DNA of 63,010 bases, the filler included, from Collodictyon triciliatum (taxonomy: Eukaryota): the NCBI GenBank assembly GCA_043381765.1. It is 4 parts of 4 records of this genome, joined end to end, with 100 filler letters (N's around TTAATTAATTAA, not from the genome) between each part and the next. Parts side by side here need not be neighbours in the genome. Positions count along the whole stretch, not along the records: positions 21,833 to 43,487 come from JBHJMP010001180.1; positions 43,588 to 59,541 come from JBHJMP010001199.1; 2 more parts are not named here. The stretch is one strand, 5' to 3'. The notes below the pieces were generated by a model that was not told the DNA's origin, did not search any database, and saw only the letters and a program-made list of their open reading frames with translations. The position numbers and the translations under genes were made by a program. Of this stretch, positions 38,622 to 55,139 are shown one piece after another; within the stretch, counting starts at the first letter, position 1; each line of letters starts with the position of its first letter.

Positions 38622-41600
38622 TTATCCGGCACCATCTATGCGTCTTGGCGGGGAGGTGAACGACACATTCGCGAGTGAAGCTGTTTGGGGAGAGGATGGC
38701 GGTCTCGGCTTAAAGCGAGGTGTTCCTGTCGGGGATGTGCGCTCAAGCGACGCTTTTTGCCTCGGTGGTGCAGGCCCGGATGGGGGTTCAGTTGGTTGTT
38801 CACCCTTCAAGAAGCCGCGGGTGTTGGCCGCGCCGGAATAATCTGCTGCTCGGGGCGTCCCTCGAGCGTGCCTTCTCGATGAGTCAATAGCCGGAAGACC
38901 AATCGACGCTACCTAATGAATAATAGGAGAAAAAGAAAAAAACCAAAAGATTCAGGACTCAAGAGAGTTCCCATCAAGTAAAGCCCAGGAAGGAAACATG
39001 GCGAGTGGGCGTCCAAGGGAGATGAGGTTTGAAGAGGCTACCTTAGGTTCTGGTAATGTGGGCAGTTGGTGGACAGGTTTCAGCTTGACGATGCCTGCTG
39101 TCATCGTTGACGAATTGGGGTCCGGGTCTGAGTATGGGATGGCCAAAGACCCTTGAACGCCCTTCTGTCGGGGTGATAATCCCAACAGAACGACAGATGT
39201 ATTTGTGCCAGAGTCTGTTTTGATACGCAACTTGCCTGGGGCATTGCTGACCTGCTGGAGAGTACCAAAGTCTGAGGCGGTGCCGGATACTTCCCGCCGT
39301 TCTCGAAAAGTCAGAGCACCACTTCCTTGCGTACTGGCTGAACTTCTGACGCTCGACAAATCCAAGGGTGGCAAGGCGCTCTCAAGAAGTCGCTGTGTCA
39401 AGTCAGGCCAGTGTCCATTCTCCATCGTCTCTACCTGGGACTGGTATCCTTCGAAGGCCCTTCTACGCAGCAGAGCAGACTGTTGTGGCTGGTGAATGAT
39501 GGACACGTGCGAAGGGGTTTTCTCGGGTAGTCGGTGAAGTGGGGGAGGGAGCGAGAGTGGAGGCTCTTTTGTGCTGGAGGGGCGACTCAATCCCTCGGTT
39601 TCTTCTGCGTCCTCAGGGTTCTCAAGTTTATCATCCATATCCTCGGGGTTGCTGTTTTTATGTACACCAGGTGCGTCAAGAGGATGAGGCGGCTTGGGAG
39701 CAGAGGAAACTCGCTCAAGGTCAAGAAGTTGTAGTAAGAAATCCTGCTGGGTTTGCTCGGTAAGTGAGTCGTCACACAGAAAATTGTCCCTGAAGCCGTC
39801 ACCAAAATCGCAGCCGCGTAGGTTTTGGTGATTGTTTTTGTCTGATTCTGCGGGTATGATTAATGAATTTATTTTTCAAAGCAACATCAACCTTGAGGTA
39901 TTCCCTGGCGATATCTGATGCTATAGAATATGTCTACTGAAATAAGAAAAACGTAAAAACAGATATACATCCAAAAATAAAAATAAAAAAATAGACGCGA
40001 CACGTACTCGCTGACAGCATCTGTACTGTGTTTTGGTGGGCCCCAAGGACGCCGGTTTGCTGGTCCATCTGTGGTGAGGATTTCTGTGCAATGGAATCTG
40101 GAGAATGTAACGGATTCGCAGGTCTCCCCTTTTTCTTTGATTCTATGGTCTCCATGAGAAGTTTCAAACAACTAAGGTACACACCGTCTTCTGCGATGAA
40201 TAACGGAGTGTCTCCAGATTTGGTTGGGCGCATAGGGTCTGAATTATAATCCAGAAGCATCTTTGTAATGATATGGTCTCCTTTCATGCACGCAAAGTGG
40301 ATGGCTCTCTCTCCAAGGTTGTTTTCAATGTCCACACTCGCGCGGGAATTCAGTAGAAAGAGGACCCAATTCGCTTTTCCTTGCGCCGCTGCCATTTGAA
40401 GAGCGGTAACGTCACGACCATCAGCAAAATCAATATCAAATTGAGGTATATTGACAAGAAACTTTGCTATTTCAAGGCGGTCATATTTTACACACTCTTG
40501 TAAGAGTCCTTTTGGGCCTTTGTATTTTGCAAGAGTGCAATATTCTGCCAGCCTTTCTATAGTTTCCAATCTATTAAACTCGATGAGCTCATGTATGATT
40601 GTGTGTTCTTTGTCATTTTGCAAATCCCACTTGCAGCCAGCGTTGAGTAGGAACACACATAGGTCACCTTTGTCTTTGGTAGTTTTGGTCAGGTCACTCT
40701 TCATATCGGCTATCGCATAATGCAGTACGCATCTTTTATCCTTGTCTTGCGCGTCTTTGTCTGCACCAGCTTTTATCAGAATATCACATATATCCTTTAA
40801 TCCCAACCACGCAGCTAGATGTAGCCCTGTTTTCCCATCTCTGTCAACAACTTGGGTATCAACACCATAGCGTAGCATAACCATAACCATCGACTTCGAC
40901 TTGCGCGTTATAGCTTCGTGTAGCACTGGATTCTGTGATGCCAAACAAATAGGGGCGAACGAAAGGCCTTCTTGGAACATAAGCTCCAAACAGTCCTGGT
41001 CTTCTGTTTGCAGCGCTAAACAAAAGCATGAATGTCCGTCTCTTGTGAAACATCTGCCAGATTTTTCATAATCCAGTAAAAGTCTTAAAATGATGTACCT
41101 TTTCTCTAAGACACAGACGTGCATACTGCTGAGCCCGTAGTTGTTCAGTTTAGTAACATCTGCTCCACATTCCAAGAGAATTTTTGCAAGCTCCTCGTCA
41201 GAATTGTAGCAAGCCAGGTGAAGCGGGGTATTACCATCAGAGCCTGTTTTGTTAACAAAATTGAACTCTCGGGCCAGTACGCAAGTGGCGGTTATGTACC
41301 GGTTTCTGATGGCATAGCGCAGCATACTTTCATCACTTTTAGATCTCTTGAATCCAACTATATATTTCTTTTCCACGTGGCCAGTTACCAGACGAAGAAT
41401 ATTTATTCGACTCGGATAATCACCTGCATCTGATGCCCTCTTTAATATGTTATCATATTTTGAAGACTGGTCGACCACAGACTTTGGTATATGATGAGTC
41501 ATACGCACAGCCAGTTGGGGTGCTGTGATTCCATTGGAATCCTCTGCTTCTAATGACGGATTCGCAAGCAATATAATCTCGACACATTTCACACAGCCAC

Positions 41601-43382
41601 AATATATTGCGTCATGGAGGGCTGTTCTATTTTCCGGTGCTCGTTTGACTTCCATCGATGATGGGTCTTGTTTCAATAGAAATTCTAGTATTTCATGATG
41701 GTGGTTGCATATGGAAAGGTGAATGGCACACGGACCAATCGTACTCGTTTGAATCTTAGGTTGGGAACCATACCTCATGAGTGATTGCACTATATCAAAT
41801 CTCTTCTGTTTGACAACATCTGATTCAATTTGGAAAGTTGCATGCTCTTCAAAGTTATTTGGTCCGATGGCTACATGGAGTGCTGTTTTACCCTCTTTGT
41901 TTTTTGTGTGCACATTAAATCCACATTCCAAGATAATCTGAGCAGACACGACTTCAGCTATTTGGCAGGCATAATGCAGAGGAAAAATTCCCATGGGTGT
42001 TGCCATGCGTACAGAAGCTCCGTACTTTATAAGACAAGATACCATTGCATGAAGCTGATTTTCAATGGCATATAGAAGAGGCGTCACGTTTGTAGATAAC
42101 GCAATCGCATTTACGTTTGCCTTGAATTTAGCCAGGTACTCAATCATTTTTGCATATGAAGAGAACTTGTCCGAAGTTTCCCGGTAGCTTGGGGGTGATG
42201 AGCTAGGTGTTGGGATGGATGGAGGAGTACTAGCAGAAATATCAGAATTGTCGGAATATGCACTAGATGAGGAGCTCTGAATAAATGATGAAGCTTGCAT
42301 ATCTTTTCCAATTTGAGAGCCTTTGGAAAGATTGGAGACAGTTTGCAGAACTAAAAATAGAGGCGGTATATGAACAACCCCGGCATCGTTTGGGTCGAAT
42401 CCATCTTCAAGAAGAACAATTAAACACTCGAGATTGTTGACCATTATACATTCTTGAATGGGGGTCCATTTTTGGGACGATATATCATCTTTGTTATGAC
42501 TTTCATTCAATAATCTCTTGAGTATCATTCCTTTCCCAGCGCGGCACGCTATTATGATGGGCGAATCTCCATTTGTTGTGTTGTAGCATAAAATCGATGG
42601 AAATAGAAATATGATGCGGTCAACTACTAGGTAATATCCTAGATGTACAGCGTGATGAAATCCATTCCAACCATCTCTATCAGTCAGAGCCATATTGATT
42701 CCAAAGTCCATAAACCCAAGGGCAATATTTGTTTTCTTTTGTAAGAGGGCAGATATGAACAGCGTGGTACCAGTCGACGTTAATGCATTTATGTCTGCTC
42801 CGTTGTCTAGAAGAAGTTTCATCCCATCTGTATTGCTCTTTTCTAAGCATACCTGTTCAAAAACATATGTATTTAATTATACCAGGATTCTGATGAAAAT
42901 AACTGAAAAATGGAAAATAATGGACACGACAACCAAAGGGATTCAACACTTTGCACATAACCACAAAGTATATATGAGATAAACTTGGATGAAAAACATA
43001 TGTAAGATAAAATAACCTCCATTGGCGTTTTTCCATTCACCCCAGGCTTGTTGGGGTCTGCTTTAAGATTGAGCAGCACTTCAGTCAAACACTTGGCCTC
43101 TGGTCCAAGTGATACAGACCAGTAGAGCAGGGCGCATCCATGAACCATTTCGTTTGGATAAACTGAGCCTTCTTGCACCATTTTTGCCAAAGTGACGAAG
43201 TCAGACTCTCGCAAGTATTTCCATACATCAATCTTGGGTGGGACATCCCGCGCAGAGCCAACAGCAGAGGAAGGTGTGCGGGGGTATCCAAGTTTCTGTG
43301 CCAACCCAGAGCCACTTGTGTCATTCGTTTCAGACGGCCTTCGTGAGTCCGTTGGGGGTGATGGCTGTGTGAACTTTCGCAT
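38622..43382 (-). CDS. Large ankyrin-repeat protein with a disordered Pro/Ser-rich C-terminal region
   Basis: Many ANK motifs (GNTPLHLAC, GKTGLHLAA, GKTALHVAI, GERAIHFAC, GDTPLFIA) lie in a ~2.8-kb exon. The upstream exon ends ADPNKPGVNGKTPME. Downstream open exons are ~39848-38990 and ~38890-38622. Exact 3' exon boundaries are uncertain. Confidence 0.85.
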
Positions 43383-43587
43383 GCAGGCTGTATACAAGAA
43401 ATTGTGGTCTCTTTCCTTTCTTTGTTGGTGGTTTATTAATAATTAAAAAAATACAAAAAACAAAACAAAAAACAAAAAACAAAAAACNNNNNNNNNNNNN
43501 NNNNNNNNNNNNNNNNNNNNNNNNNNNNNNNTTAATTAATTAANNNNNNNNNNNNNNNNNNNNNNNNNNNNNNNNNNNNNNNNNNNN

Positions 43588-43683
<96 letters not shown>

Positions 43684-43795
43684 GTTATTAGTATTATTAT
43701 TATTATTAAACATGTCCTGATTCTTTTCTGCAAACACATGGCCCTCCCAACATGTTTCTTACATATCTCGATGTCTAAACTATGTACATGTGCAG

Positions 43796-44623
43796 AAAAA
43801 TGTGGAGCCCACAGAAGACACTACAACCACAACTGCACAGCGCGTGGGGCGATTCATCCCAGCAGTGGTTCTGTTTATGGTGATGCTCTTCTCCAGCATG
43901 CGGTCGCTGTACTATGTTTCGATCACGACAATTATTGTGTTTCGGAATCTCAACTCGCTGGCAGTGGCATTGGGTGATATCTGGCTCTTCAAAAAGACCA
44001 TCAGCAGCAAGACTTGGGGCTCTATGCTAGTCATTATCGTCGGCGCGTTCATATATGCAAACTGGGACTTGGAGTACCATCCTGTCGGTTACTTCTGGAC
44101 TTTTGTCAACATCGGAGCAATGTGCGGCTATTCGCTGTACGTGAAATGGGCACTGACTCACATCAATTACTCGTCCATGACCATGGTTTTGTACAACAAC
44201 AGCATATCCACCCCGATTTTCCTTTTGGTTTCCTACCTGAACGGAGAAAACTTCTCGTCCTTGCGAGATATGTTTTCCTCGCCAGTCGATGATTCAGGCA
44301 ACTTGCCTGAGGAGCAATCCTCACATGCAGCTCTTTGGGTTCTGCTGAGCTGCACTCTGTCTTTCACCATTAGTGCATCAGGCTTCTGGGCACAAAAAGT
44401 ATTTTCGCCAACTACCTGGATTACCCTCAACAATCTCAACAAAATCCCCGTGATTCTTCTCTCTGCATGCATTTTTCAGGATAACCTATCTTCCGGCAGT
44501 GTCTTTGGGCTTATGGTAAGTCTTGTGGGCGGTGCTTTGTACTCGTGGTCTTCAACGCAGACTGCTGCGGACAAAGCACAAAAGCTGAAAGAGGATGACC
44601 CCCAAAAGTCTAGTTCCGTGTGA
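43796..44623 (+). CDS. Nucleotide-sugar transporter (GDP-mannose transporter / SLC35D-like, TPT family); 5' part probably in or beyond the gap
   Basis: Multi-TM protein with SITTIIVFRNL, GYFWTFVN, MVLYNNSIS and SPTTWITLNNLNKIP. Confidence 0.85.
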   Translation, partial: KNVEPTEDTTTTTAQRVGRFIPAVVLFMVMLFSSMRSLYYVSITTIIVFRNLNSLAVALGDIWLFKKTISSKTWGSMLVIIVGAFIYANWDLEYHPVGYFWTFVNIGAMCGYSLYVKWALTHINYSSMTMVLYNNSISTPIFLLVSYLNGENFSSLRDMFSSPVDDSGNLPEEQSSHAALWVLLSCTLSFTISASGFWAQKVFSPTTWITLNNLNKIPVILLSACIFQDNLSSGSVFGLMVSLVGGALYSWSSTQTAADKAQKLKEDDPQKSSSV

Positions 44624-44956
44624 GCAAAGTTCGAAATAGGAAAAAAAGAAGAAGAAAAAAAAGAAAAGAGAGTGAGTGAAAGAATCAAGGATTCAGTTCA
44701 GTTCGTTGCTGACATCCTTTTGATGTAATCTCTCTTATCTTTCTTTTCTTTTGCGACGTGCCGCATAAGCAGCCCTTCCGGAGAAATAAATAAAATAATA
44801 TAAAGAATTAAAACAAGAGTAAAGTAATGTTTGTCAAAAATTGAAGCCCTTTTTTTTTTAATTATTTTGTTGTTGTTCTGTATATTTCAACCGATTGCGC
44901 AGAGACCACCACAGCAGAAAAAGAGAACAAGAGACAGAGGCCTGGACAAGAAGCAG

Positions 44957-45703
44957 TCAGACGAGGGGATAGGCATAGACAACCAAGGTGGGGTTCTCAC
45001 TGCCGATTTCTGCAAGTGGCCTGAGACCCTTCGCATTAACATAGTCCGCATAGACCAGCGAGCAGATGGGAGTGAATCCAAGGCGGGCAGAGGTGGACTG
45101 GGAGCGGGTGTTTGTGGCCTCGAGATAAGCCTCTCTATATCCGCGGAGCCTTGCGAGCTGCAGCGACCACACGCACAGGCGCTGCACAAGGCCTTTGCCC
45201 TGCACCGACTCATCGGCTGCAATCGTGAGGACATGGAGAAGCATGCCGCGCGGCAGGCCGGCCGGGTCGCAAGCATGGGCCGGCATCCGAATCTGCAGAT
45301 AGCGCACAAAGGTCGAGTGCAGCATCTCGTCCAGGTCTCCAAAGAGCTCTTGCGGGCATTCGTCTCCCTCGCTGTGCGCGTCGGCCGCATCCACACACAG
45401 GCACGATGCAACAACGCGGCCGCTGCCGTCCACACACACCGTCGAAATCCCGTCTGCTGCGCTGCGCCGGCTGAGCCCGTCCAGCCACTTGCGCAGCGCG
45501 CTGTCGCTCAGGCCCAAGGCCACGCTCACCGGCTCGCGCTGGAAGGCCTTGCTTGTCACTGCTGAGGCCGCCAGGTGCGTGCTTTGTGTCAGCCGTGCGA
45601 TGCGGAAAGTGTCCACCTGCTCCAGGAATTCCACCTTCACTGCTGCTGCTGCTGCTGCTTCAGTTGTTGTTTTTGTTGTTGCACCCGCTGCGTCCGCTTC
45701 CAT
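44957..45703 (-). CDS. GNAT-family N-acetyltransferase (arylalkylamine/dopamine NAT-like), intronless
   Basis: AFQREPVSVALG, acetyl-CoA motif A (LHVLTIAADESVQGKGL) and motif B (EATNTRSQSTSARLGF). Confidence 0.85.
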   Translation of the reverse strand: MEADAAGATTKTTTEAAAAAAVKVEFLEQVDTFRIARLTQSTHLAASAVTSKAFQREPVSVALGLSDSALRKWLDGLSRRSAADGISTVCVDGSGRVVASCLCVDAADAHSEGDECPQELFGDLDEMLHSTFVRYLQIRMPAHACDPAGLPRGMLLHVLTIAADESVQGKGLVQRLCVWSLQLARLRGYREAYLEATNTRSQSTSARLGFTPICSLVYADYVNAKGLRPLAEIGSENPTLVVYAYPLV

Positions 45704-46244
45704 CTTGCATAAAGGATTTTGTTCAGTGTTTTTTTTTTTTTTTTTGTTTTTTATAAAAAAACAGAGTATGGGCAGGGATGGGAAATATGACAATCTTTAT
45801 GCCTACTAGACTCCAATAAATTTAATGGGCATATACTTGTACATTTTGATGGCAGTTTTTTATATTTGATGTTATAAACAATCTTTTCTTGCTTCGTCGA
45901 TTGAATGATTAGATAAATTCCGCAAATAGAAGTATATTTTTTGGTTTGATTTGATCAGGCCACGGAATCTGATCCAACCCGCTAAAAGGCCGAGCCAAGA
46001 CCGATGTGAGCTGGACCGAAACCGCAGGATATCCAAAGTGTGTGCCAATGACAAGTAATACAAAGGCACACGTGAAGGACGGAGGAATCCAACAGAGTGG
46101 CGAAAAAAAGAATGCTTACCCAACAAGAATCCGATTTTCTGACTTCTGCGACATCTCACCCCCCATCCTTCTCCCTTCCTTGTTTCCTTTCCCCTCCGAA
46201 ACAAGGACCGATCGGCACGCGAATACAACCTTTTCGACTTGGAA

Positions 46245-50222
<3,978 letters not shown>

Positions 50223-50903
50223 TTCGGCCTCTTGCATGTTTTGCCGACCGACTCTCATCACCCTGATCATTTGATTCATCGCGGTCTCCCTTTCTCTTGC
50301 CTCTTTCTTTTTTTCTTTGCTTTCTTTTTTCTTCTTGTGTATAATTACAATCGCTTGCGCGGTGCTTCCACGCAACAGCAACGCTCGCGATGTCCAAGTG
50401 TATCCGTGGTCTAATCAGTCAACTCATGTCCAGTGCCGTAAGAGAGCCGCCTCCGTTTGAACTCAGTACACAGCAGGCGGGACGGAAAGGCAAGAAGACG
50501 GTTGTGCGTTTGGGCTAAGCGGGTTGCCCCTTGTGTTCTTCTCCATCTAGAGCGTTTGGTGCGTGGCTTCGTCTCTCTGTCTCTCTCCTTGTTCCGCCAG
50601 TCTGCCGCGCCTCACCACACAAAGCCGTGTGGAAATCACGGTGTGCTTTGCTTGTTTGTTGGAAGAGACAATGCCACAGGGGACATAAACGCACCCAGAC
50701 GCAGTTTTTCCTTCCCTCTCATCTGTTGGGCTGCAACACGCGGACCATGATTCGCATCCTTTTTCTTTTCGTCTTCTTTCACTTGCTTATTCTTTATGTG
50801 TTCATTTTTGTTTTCAGCCACGGACTTTTTCTTCTTTCCTTCTGTCCAGACTCCTTGACTGTCGTGCGCGAGAACTTGGGAGGTAGGAGCGGGCTGATGG
50901 TGT

Positions 50904-51442
50904 CTAGTTGTCGGCCGAGAGAGCTTCCTTGGCGGCTGCGTTTTGACAGGAAAAGAAAAGTAAAGTAAAGTAAGGAAAGTTTAGAGGCGAGGGTCTGTAA
51001 GCCTTCCTTGAGCAAGGATTCTCTATAAAAAAAAAAAAAAAACCATTACATATGCTCAGAAAAATGGAGCAAACCTCTGCGCTTTGCGTCCCGCTCGGCA
51101 TGCTTCTTGAGCAGCTTCTCTTTGAGGACAAGCTGATCCTCTTCAAACTCCACAGCCTTGACAGCAACATACGATCCGATCCCCATGAAGAGAACGTGCT
51201 CCCAAGGATCTGAGGTGATGAATAAAATGCCGATCAGGACATAGAAGGAACGATGTACAAGAATAGTTCTGTGAGAGAGGACCGGGAATAAGGGGCACAC
51301 AAACAGGTAAGTAAGAGGATTTTCAGAAGTCTTTGAATCGGGTGGGACTCTTACGCCAAGTCAGAGGCAGCTTGCGGGAGGCGTTTGAGAAGAGTTGAAC
51401 TGTGAGACCAAGCGCGGCACCGACAAGAGGAGCAAAACCCAT
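50904..51442 (-). CDS. NDUFC2: Mitochondrial complex I accessory subunit B14.5b/NDUFC2-like, 3 exons
   Basis: VGAALGLTVQLFSNASRKLP...PWEHVLFMGIG matches my recollection of the plant/algal B14.5b pattern (GALLGLG-Q-YSNA-RKLP...HPWEHV). The inferred last exon encodes AAKEALSADN*. Confidence 0.75.
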
Positions 51443-51954
51443 GGGCAGAAGATGTGGTTGTGAAAGACTGTCGGCTGGATGGGATATACAGAAAAAAGTG
51501 AGCATCAAGTAACAGTGGCTAAAGAATGGAAAATACACGGGCCAGCACGAAAGCTTTTGATCTTTGGCAGTGATAGCTTGTCTTTGTCATATTCAGTTTA
51601 TTATTATTATTATTATTATTATTCGGATTATCCTGTTATGCTGGTCGACTCCAGAGCATCGCAACTGGCTTCTGGCCCGCCTTCATGAGCATCAACGATC
51701 CTTGCCTGCAGCCCCACCCAACTCATCCTCACGCAAGCCCGCAAGGCAGGATCACATGAAGCTGTTCGAAACCCGCTATCTTAGCCCAGCCTCATGTGGA
51801 TATTTCCCGAGGGAGGTGGGTGCTCGTCTCCGAATCGCGAGGAGATTCAATAAACCCACAACCAGAAACAGGACAATCAACACCACATAGACGAAGTAGA
51901 TATCTGGCTTATTTCAAGAGGCTTGCACAGGATGGAAAACACAATCCGCGACCA

Positions 51955-53470
51955 GTCGAAGGCTTTGCAAGTTGCAGCCAGTTCTCTCGGTTCTAACACT
52001 GGTGCGGAAAACCCCGAGTTGTACGTAAGTCTAGGAAGACGTGAGCAAGGAAGCCGCCTGCAAGTCTGTCTGAGCGGACAGTATTTTTTACACGATGTCG
52101 AGCAAGACGTTTACAACAAGAACAAGGCCCACAGGCTCACCGATGCGCTCGCCTCCTTCTTGAAAGCGAACAAACTTTGGGAAGAGTCCATCCAACTGCG
52201 CTTACCGGACAGCGAATGCCTTTACCTGATTGCCTTCCGCACTACAGAAAACACCGTAAAGCTCATGGAGCTGAAGCAGATAAGTTTAAGATATTACGAT
52301 CAGCTCCGCTAGAAGTAAACCAACACAAACCTCGGTGATGCTCTACCAACTACCGCTGGACGTTTGGCCGCAACTCCTTCGTGAGGAGCTGAAGCCGTTC
52401 AGACCGACCCATGTGGATATCAAAAAGGATAAAGGCTTCTTTACAGACACGGCCGTGGTGAAGCTCCTTTGTCGGAAGAACCAGCTCCCTGCAAAGTTTA
52501 CGGTCATGGGCAAAAAGTGTCCAAAGCGCATCCTCAAAGAGCGTCCGCCAGCCGCGAACAACAAACGATAAGTAAAAACAAAACAAAAGAATACACCTGC
52601 CAAGCAGACAAGCAGCAACGGGGTCAAGGAAGCCAAGGCCAGGCAACAACAGAGCCCGCAAGACTCACAGCAGATACGCGCACACAGCGACAGCGACGAC
52701 GACATGGAAGGAAATCTCGGTTCCTCTTCAGAATCCTCGCACTCGAGCCCTCCACCGCCAACACCGGACAAGCTCGCACATCGCAAGACCCAAGAGCAGA
52801 GTATCTCCATACCCCGAAAGAAATCACCCCTTAAACTACCCATTCAGACTGACGTGAATATGGTTAACATAGGAGGCCTCAAGGCGGTCTTCGTTACTTA
52901 TTCAAAAAGATACCCACCACGAAGGCAGCACAAGAACCAGCGCCCACCAAAGATAGTCCGTTTACCCTGCCCCAGCCCGTCGCACCGAGAACCAAGGAGC
53001 AAGAGCAAACACCACAAGTCGAGTCCAAGCTTGGAACTTCACACACCAAAGACAGTCCGAGCAAGCAGGAGTGTATGTCTCTAAAACCACAAACGCGTAG
53101 ACATACTCCGGTAAAGCAAAGTCCACTGCCGGCTGCGCATGGTTCCGAAACCAGGGGACGGTCAAGCGCCACTTCCGTGAATGACAGACAAACAACGATG
53201 TATCGCTTTTTGTTTGAGTCGCCCAGCAAGAAACGCAAGGAAAGTGACTCGTTGTCCCCTCAAAAGACTCATCCTGTGGAATGAAATAGGATGTAAATCT
53301 TGTCTGAGATAGATGGTTGAAAGGACTCGTCGGAATCGATTTGAGAACTGCCATGTGCGTACTTTCATCGACCCGGCAACTTTATCCGCTCTTCTGTCAG
53401 TCTCGAACACAACCAGAAATCGCGTTGGAGCTGATTCACCTCGGGTGGAATGGTTCGCGTGTGAGAACAC
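51955..53470 (+). mobile_element. Decayed LINE-like element, copy B: ORF1 plus a remnant of the ORF2 start; may extend upstream to ~51625
   Basis: Homologous to the reverse complement of 1-1354. It carries a stop at 52569-52571 and frameshifts near 52290 and 52905. APE-endonuclease-like LILWNEIG and MCVLSSTR follow the ORF1 end. Confidence 0.7.
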
Positions 53471-53709
53471 TTTCTCTCCTTTCTATTTTCTTTTCTTCCT
53501 TCCACCCAAAGCACAAAAACTCCAACTACACAATCCATGGTTTTCCACTATCTTGTCCACAGCTCATTTGTTGTCCTAGAGGCGAAGGCGGTTTCCTCGG
53601 CTTTGTTTTCTCTCAATAAACTGTTGAAATGAAAAAACAATCAAAAAAAAACTCTTTGCAGGCTAGGATTTACAACATCGCCTCAGACTTTCTGCGATGC
53701 ACAACATAT

Positions 53710-54924
53710 TTATTTCTTTTCCAACTTGTTCTCACTTTCTTGTAAGGATGTGGTGCCTGTCGAAGCAGAACGCAATGACGCTTCCAATCTCTGCAAGAGA
53801 ATCTGCGCCCCGGGCACCGAAGCCGCCACACAACCACTCAACGCAGGGACAATGTCCCGTCGCGATTCCTCCGACCCGAAGACCGGATGCGAATGCATCA
53901 GCCCACGATTCAGAACCTGCATGGCAAACACTCTGTCTTTCTGGCCTCCGTGCTGAATCCAGGATGCAAGTGCAGGTATGATGTGAGGTGTGGCCCAGTC
54001 ACCAGGGAGAGGGTTGGACGAGCCCTGCAACTGAAACTCAAGCTGCGTGTGGCGCTCCAAAAGAATACGGGCGGCTGTGGCAGCCTCCTGCAGCAGGACC
54101 GGATGTGTGCTGTTTGCCGCAAAGACAAAGATGGGCCGGAAGGCCTTCGCGCGCAGCAGCGAGGAAACATAGACGGGGCACAAGGACCACATGCACAAGA
54201 CTCGGGCAGCCTCGATGTTGGGCCACAGCGTGCGACCATCTTGCATCCGAAGCATGCGGACCAACGATGCGTGCGGAATCCACCTGTCAAAGTCCCACAA
54301 AACTTGTTCATCGCTGGCAGCCTCGCCTGCTGCAGACTCGCACGGGGTGTATATGATGCGCACGATGGCCATCGCCATACATTGCGAGACCGAGCATGGC
54401 TTCTTCTCCTGGGCAGCAGCCTTGCTGCTCGACTCAGCCGCACTTATGTCAGAGTCTAGGATGAATCTCTGCAGACCCTCGAGATAGTCCTTCTGCTGGC
54501 GCAGCTCTCTTCGCCCGTGCGGATGCAGCGCCAGATTCCGCATCAACTGCATTAGTGATAAGGACAAGGCATCTATATCCTCGGCTTCTGTCGAGGTGGA
54601 ATCTGTGGTTCCTTCGCCCGAGTCGACGCTGAACCATCGGCCAAGGAAGCGATGGGCTGAAATCAGCCGCGGGAGGACATCAGGAGCTGAAAGAAGCGTT
54701 TGGGAGGAAGCCTCGCTGGAAACAAAAGAGCCCAGCATGGAGAATCCTCTCGCTCGGACTGCAGGGCTGAGTGACTCTCGGAGCAGAATCTCTGTCCATC
54801 CGAGCAGCGCCTGACGTTTCTCGGCGTCTCGCTCTTCTGCAGGCGCGTTCGAGGTCGGTGCGCTTTCTTTGTTTAGGCGCCGCAGGTATTCGTTGAAGGA
54901 CGAGATATCGCTTGTGTCTTCCAT
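53710..54924 (-). CDS. Hypothetical alpha-helical (ARM/HEAT-like) protein, 404 aa, intronless
   Basis: Long ATG-initiated ORF with Leu/Ala-rich helical segments (LMQLMRNLALHP, LLQEAATAARILL). No specific family recognised. Confidence 0.7.
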   Translation of the reverse strand: MEDTSDISSFNEYLRRLNKESAPTSNAPAEERDAEKRQALLGWTEILLRESLSPAVRARGFSMLGSFVSSEASSQTLLSAPDVLPRLISAHRFLGRWFSVDSGEGTTDSTSTEAEDIDALSLSLMQLMRNLALHPHGRRELRQQKDYLEGLQRFILDSDISAAESSSKAAAQEKKPCSVSQCMAMAIVRIIYTPCESAAGEAASDEQVLWDFDRWIPHASLVRMLRMQDGRTLWPNIEAARVLCMWSLCPVYVSSLLRAKAFRPIFVFAANSTHPVLLQEAATAARILLERHTQLEFQLQGSSNPLPGDWATPHIIPALASWIQHGGQKDRVFAMQVLNRGLMHSHPVFGSEESRRDIVPALSGCVAASVPGAQILLQRLEASLRSASTGTTSLQESENKLEKK

Positions 54925-54977
54925 GCGGATTACCTGCGTTTGTGCTGCCTTTTCTTGTTAGAGTCTCTGCTGTTTTC

Positions 54978-55139
54978 GTTTTTTGTTTTTTGTTTTTTTG
55001 TTTTTTGTTTTTTGTTTTTTGTTTTTTGTTTTTTGTTTTTTGTTTTTTGTTTTTTGTTTTTTGTTTTTTGTTTTTTGTTTTTTGTTTTTTGTTTTTTTGT
55101 TTTTTGTTTATGTTTTTGTTTTTGTTTTTTTGTTTTTTG
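54978..55139. repeat. (TTTTTTG)n tandem repeat
   Basis: Seen directly in the sequence. Confidence 0.9.
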
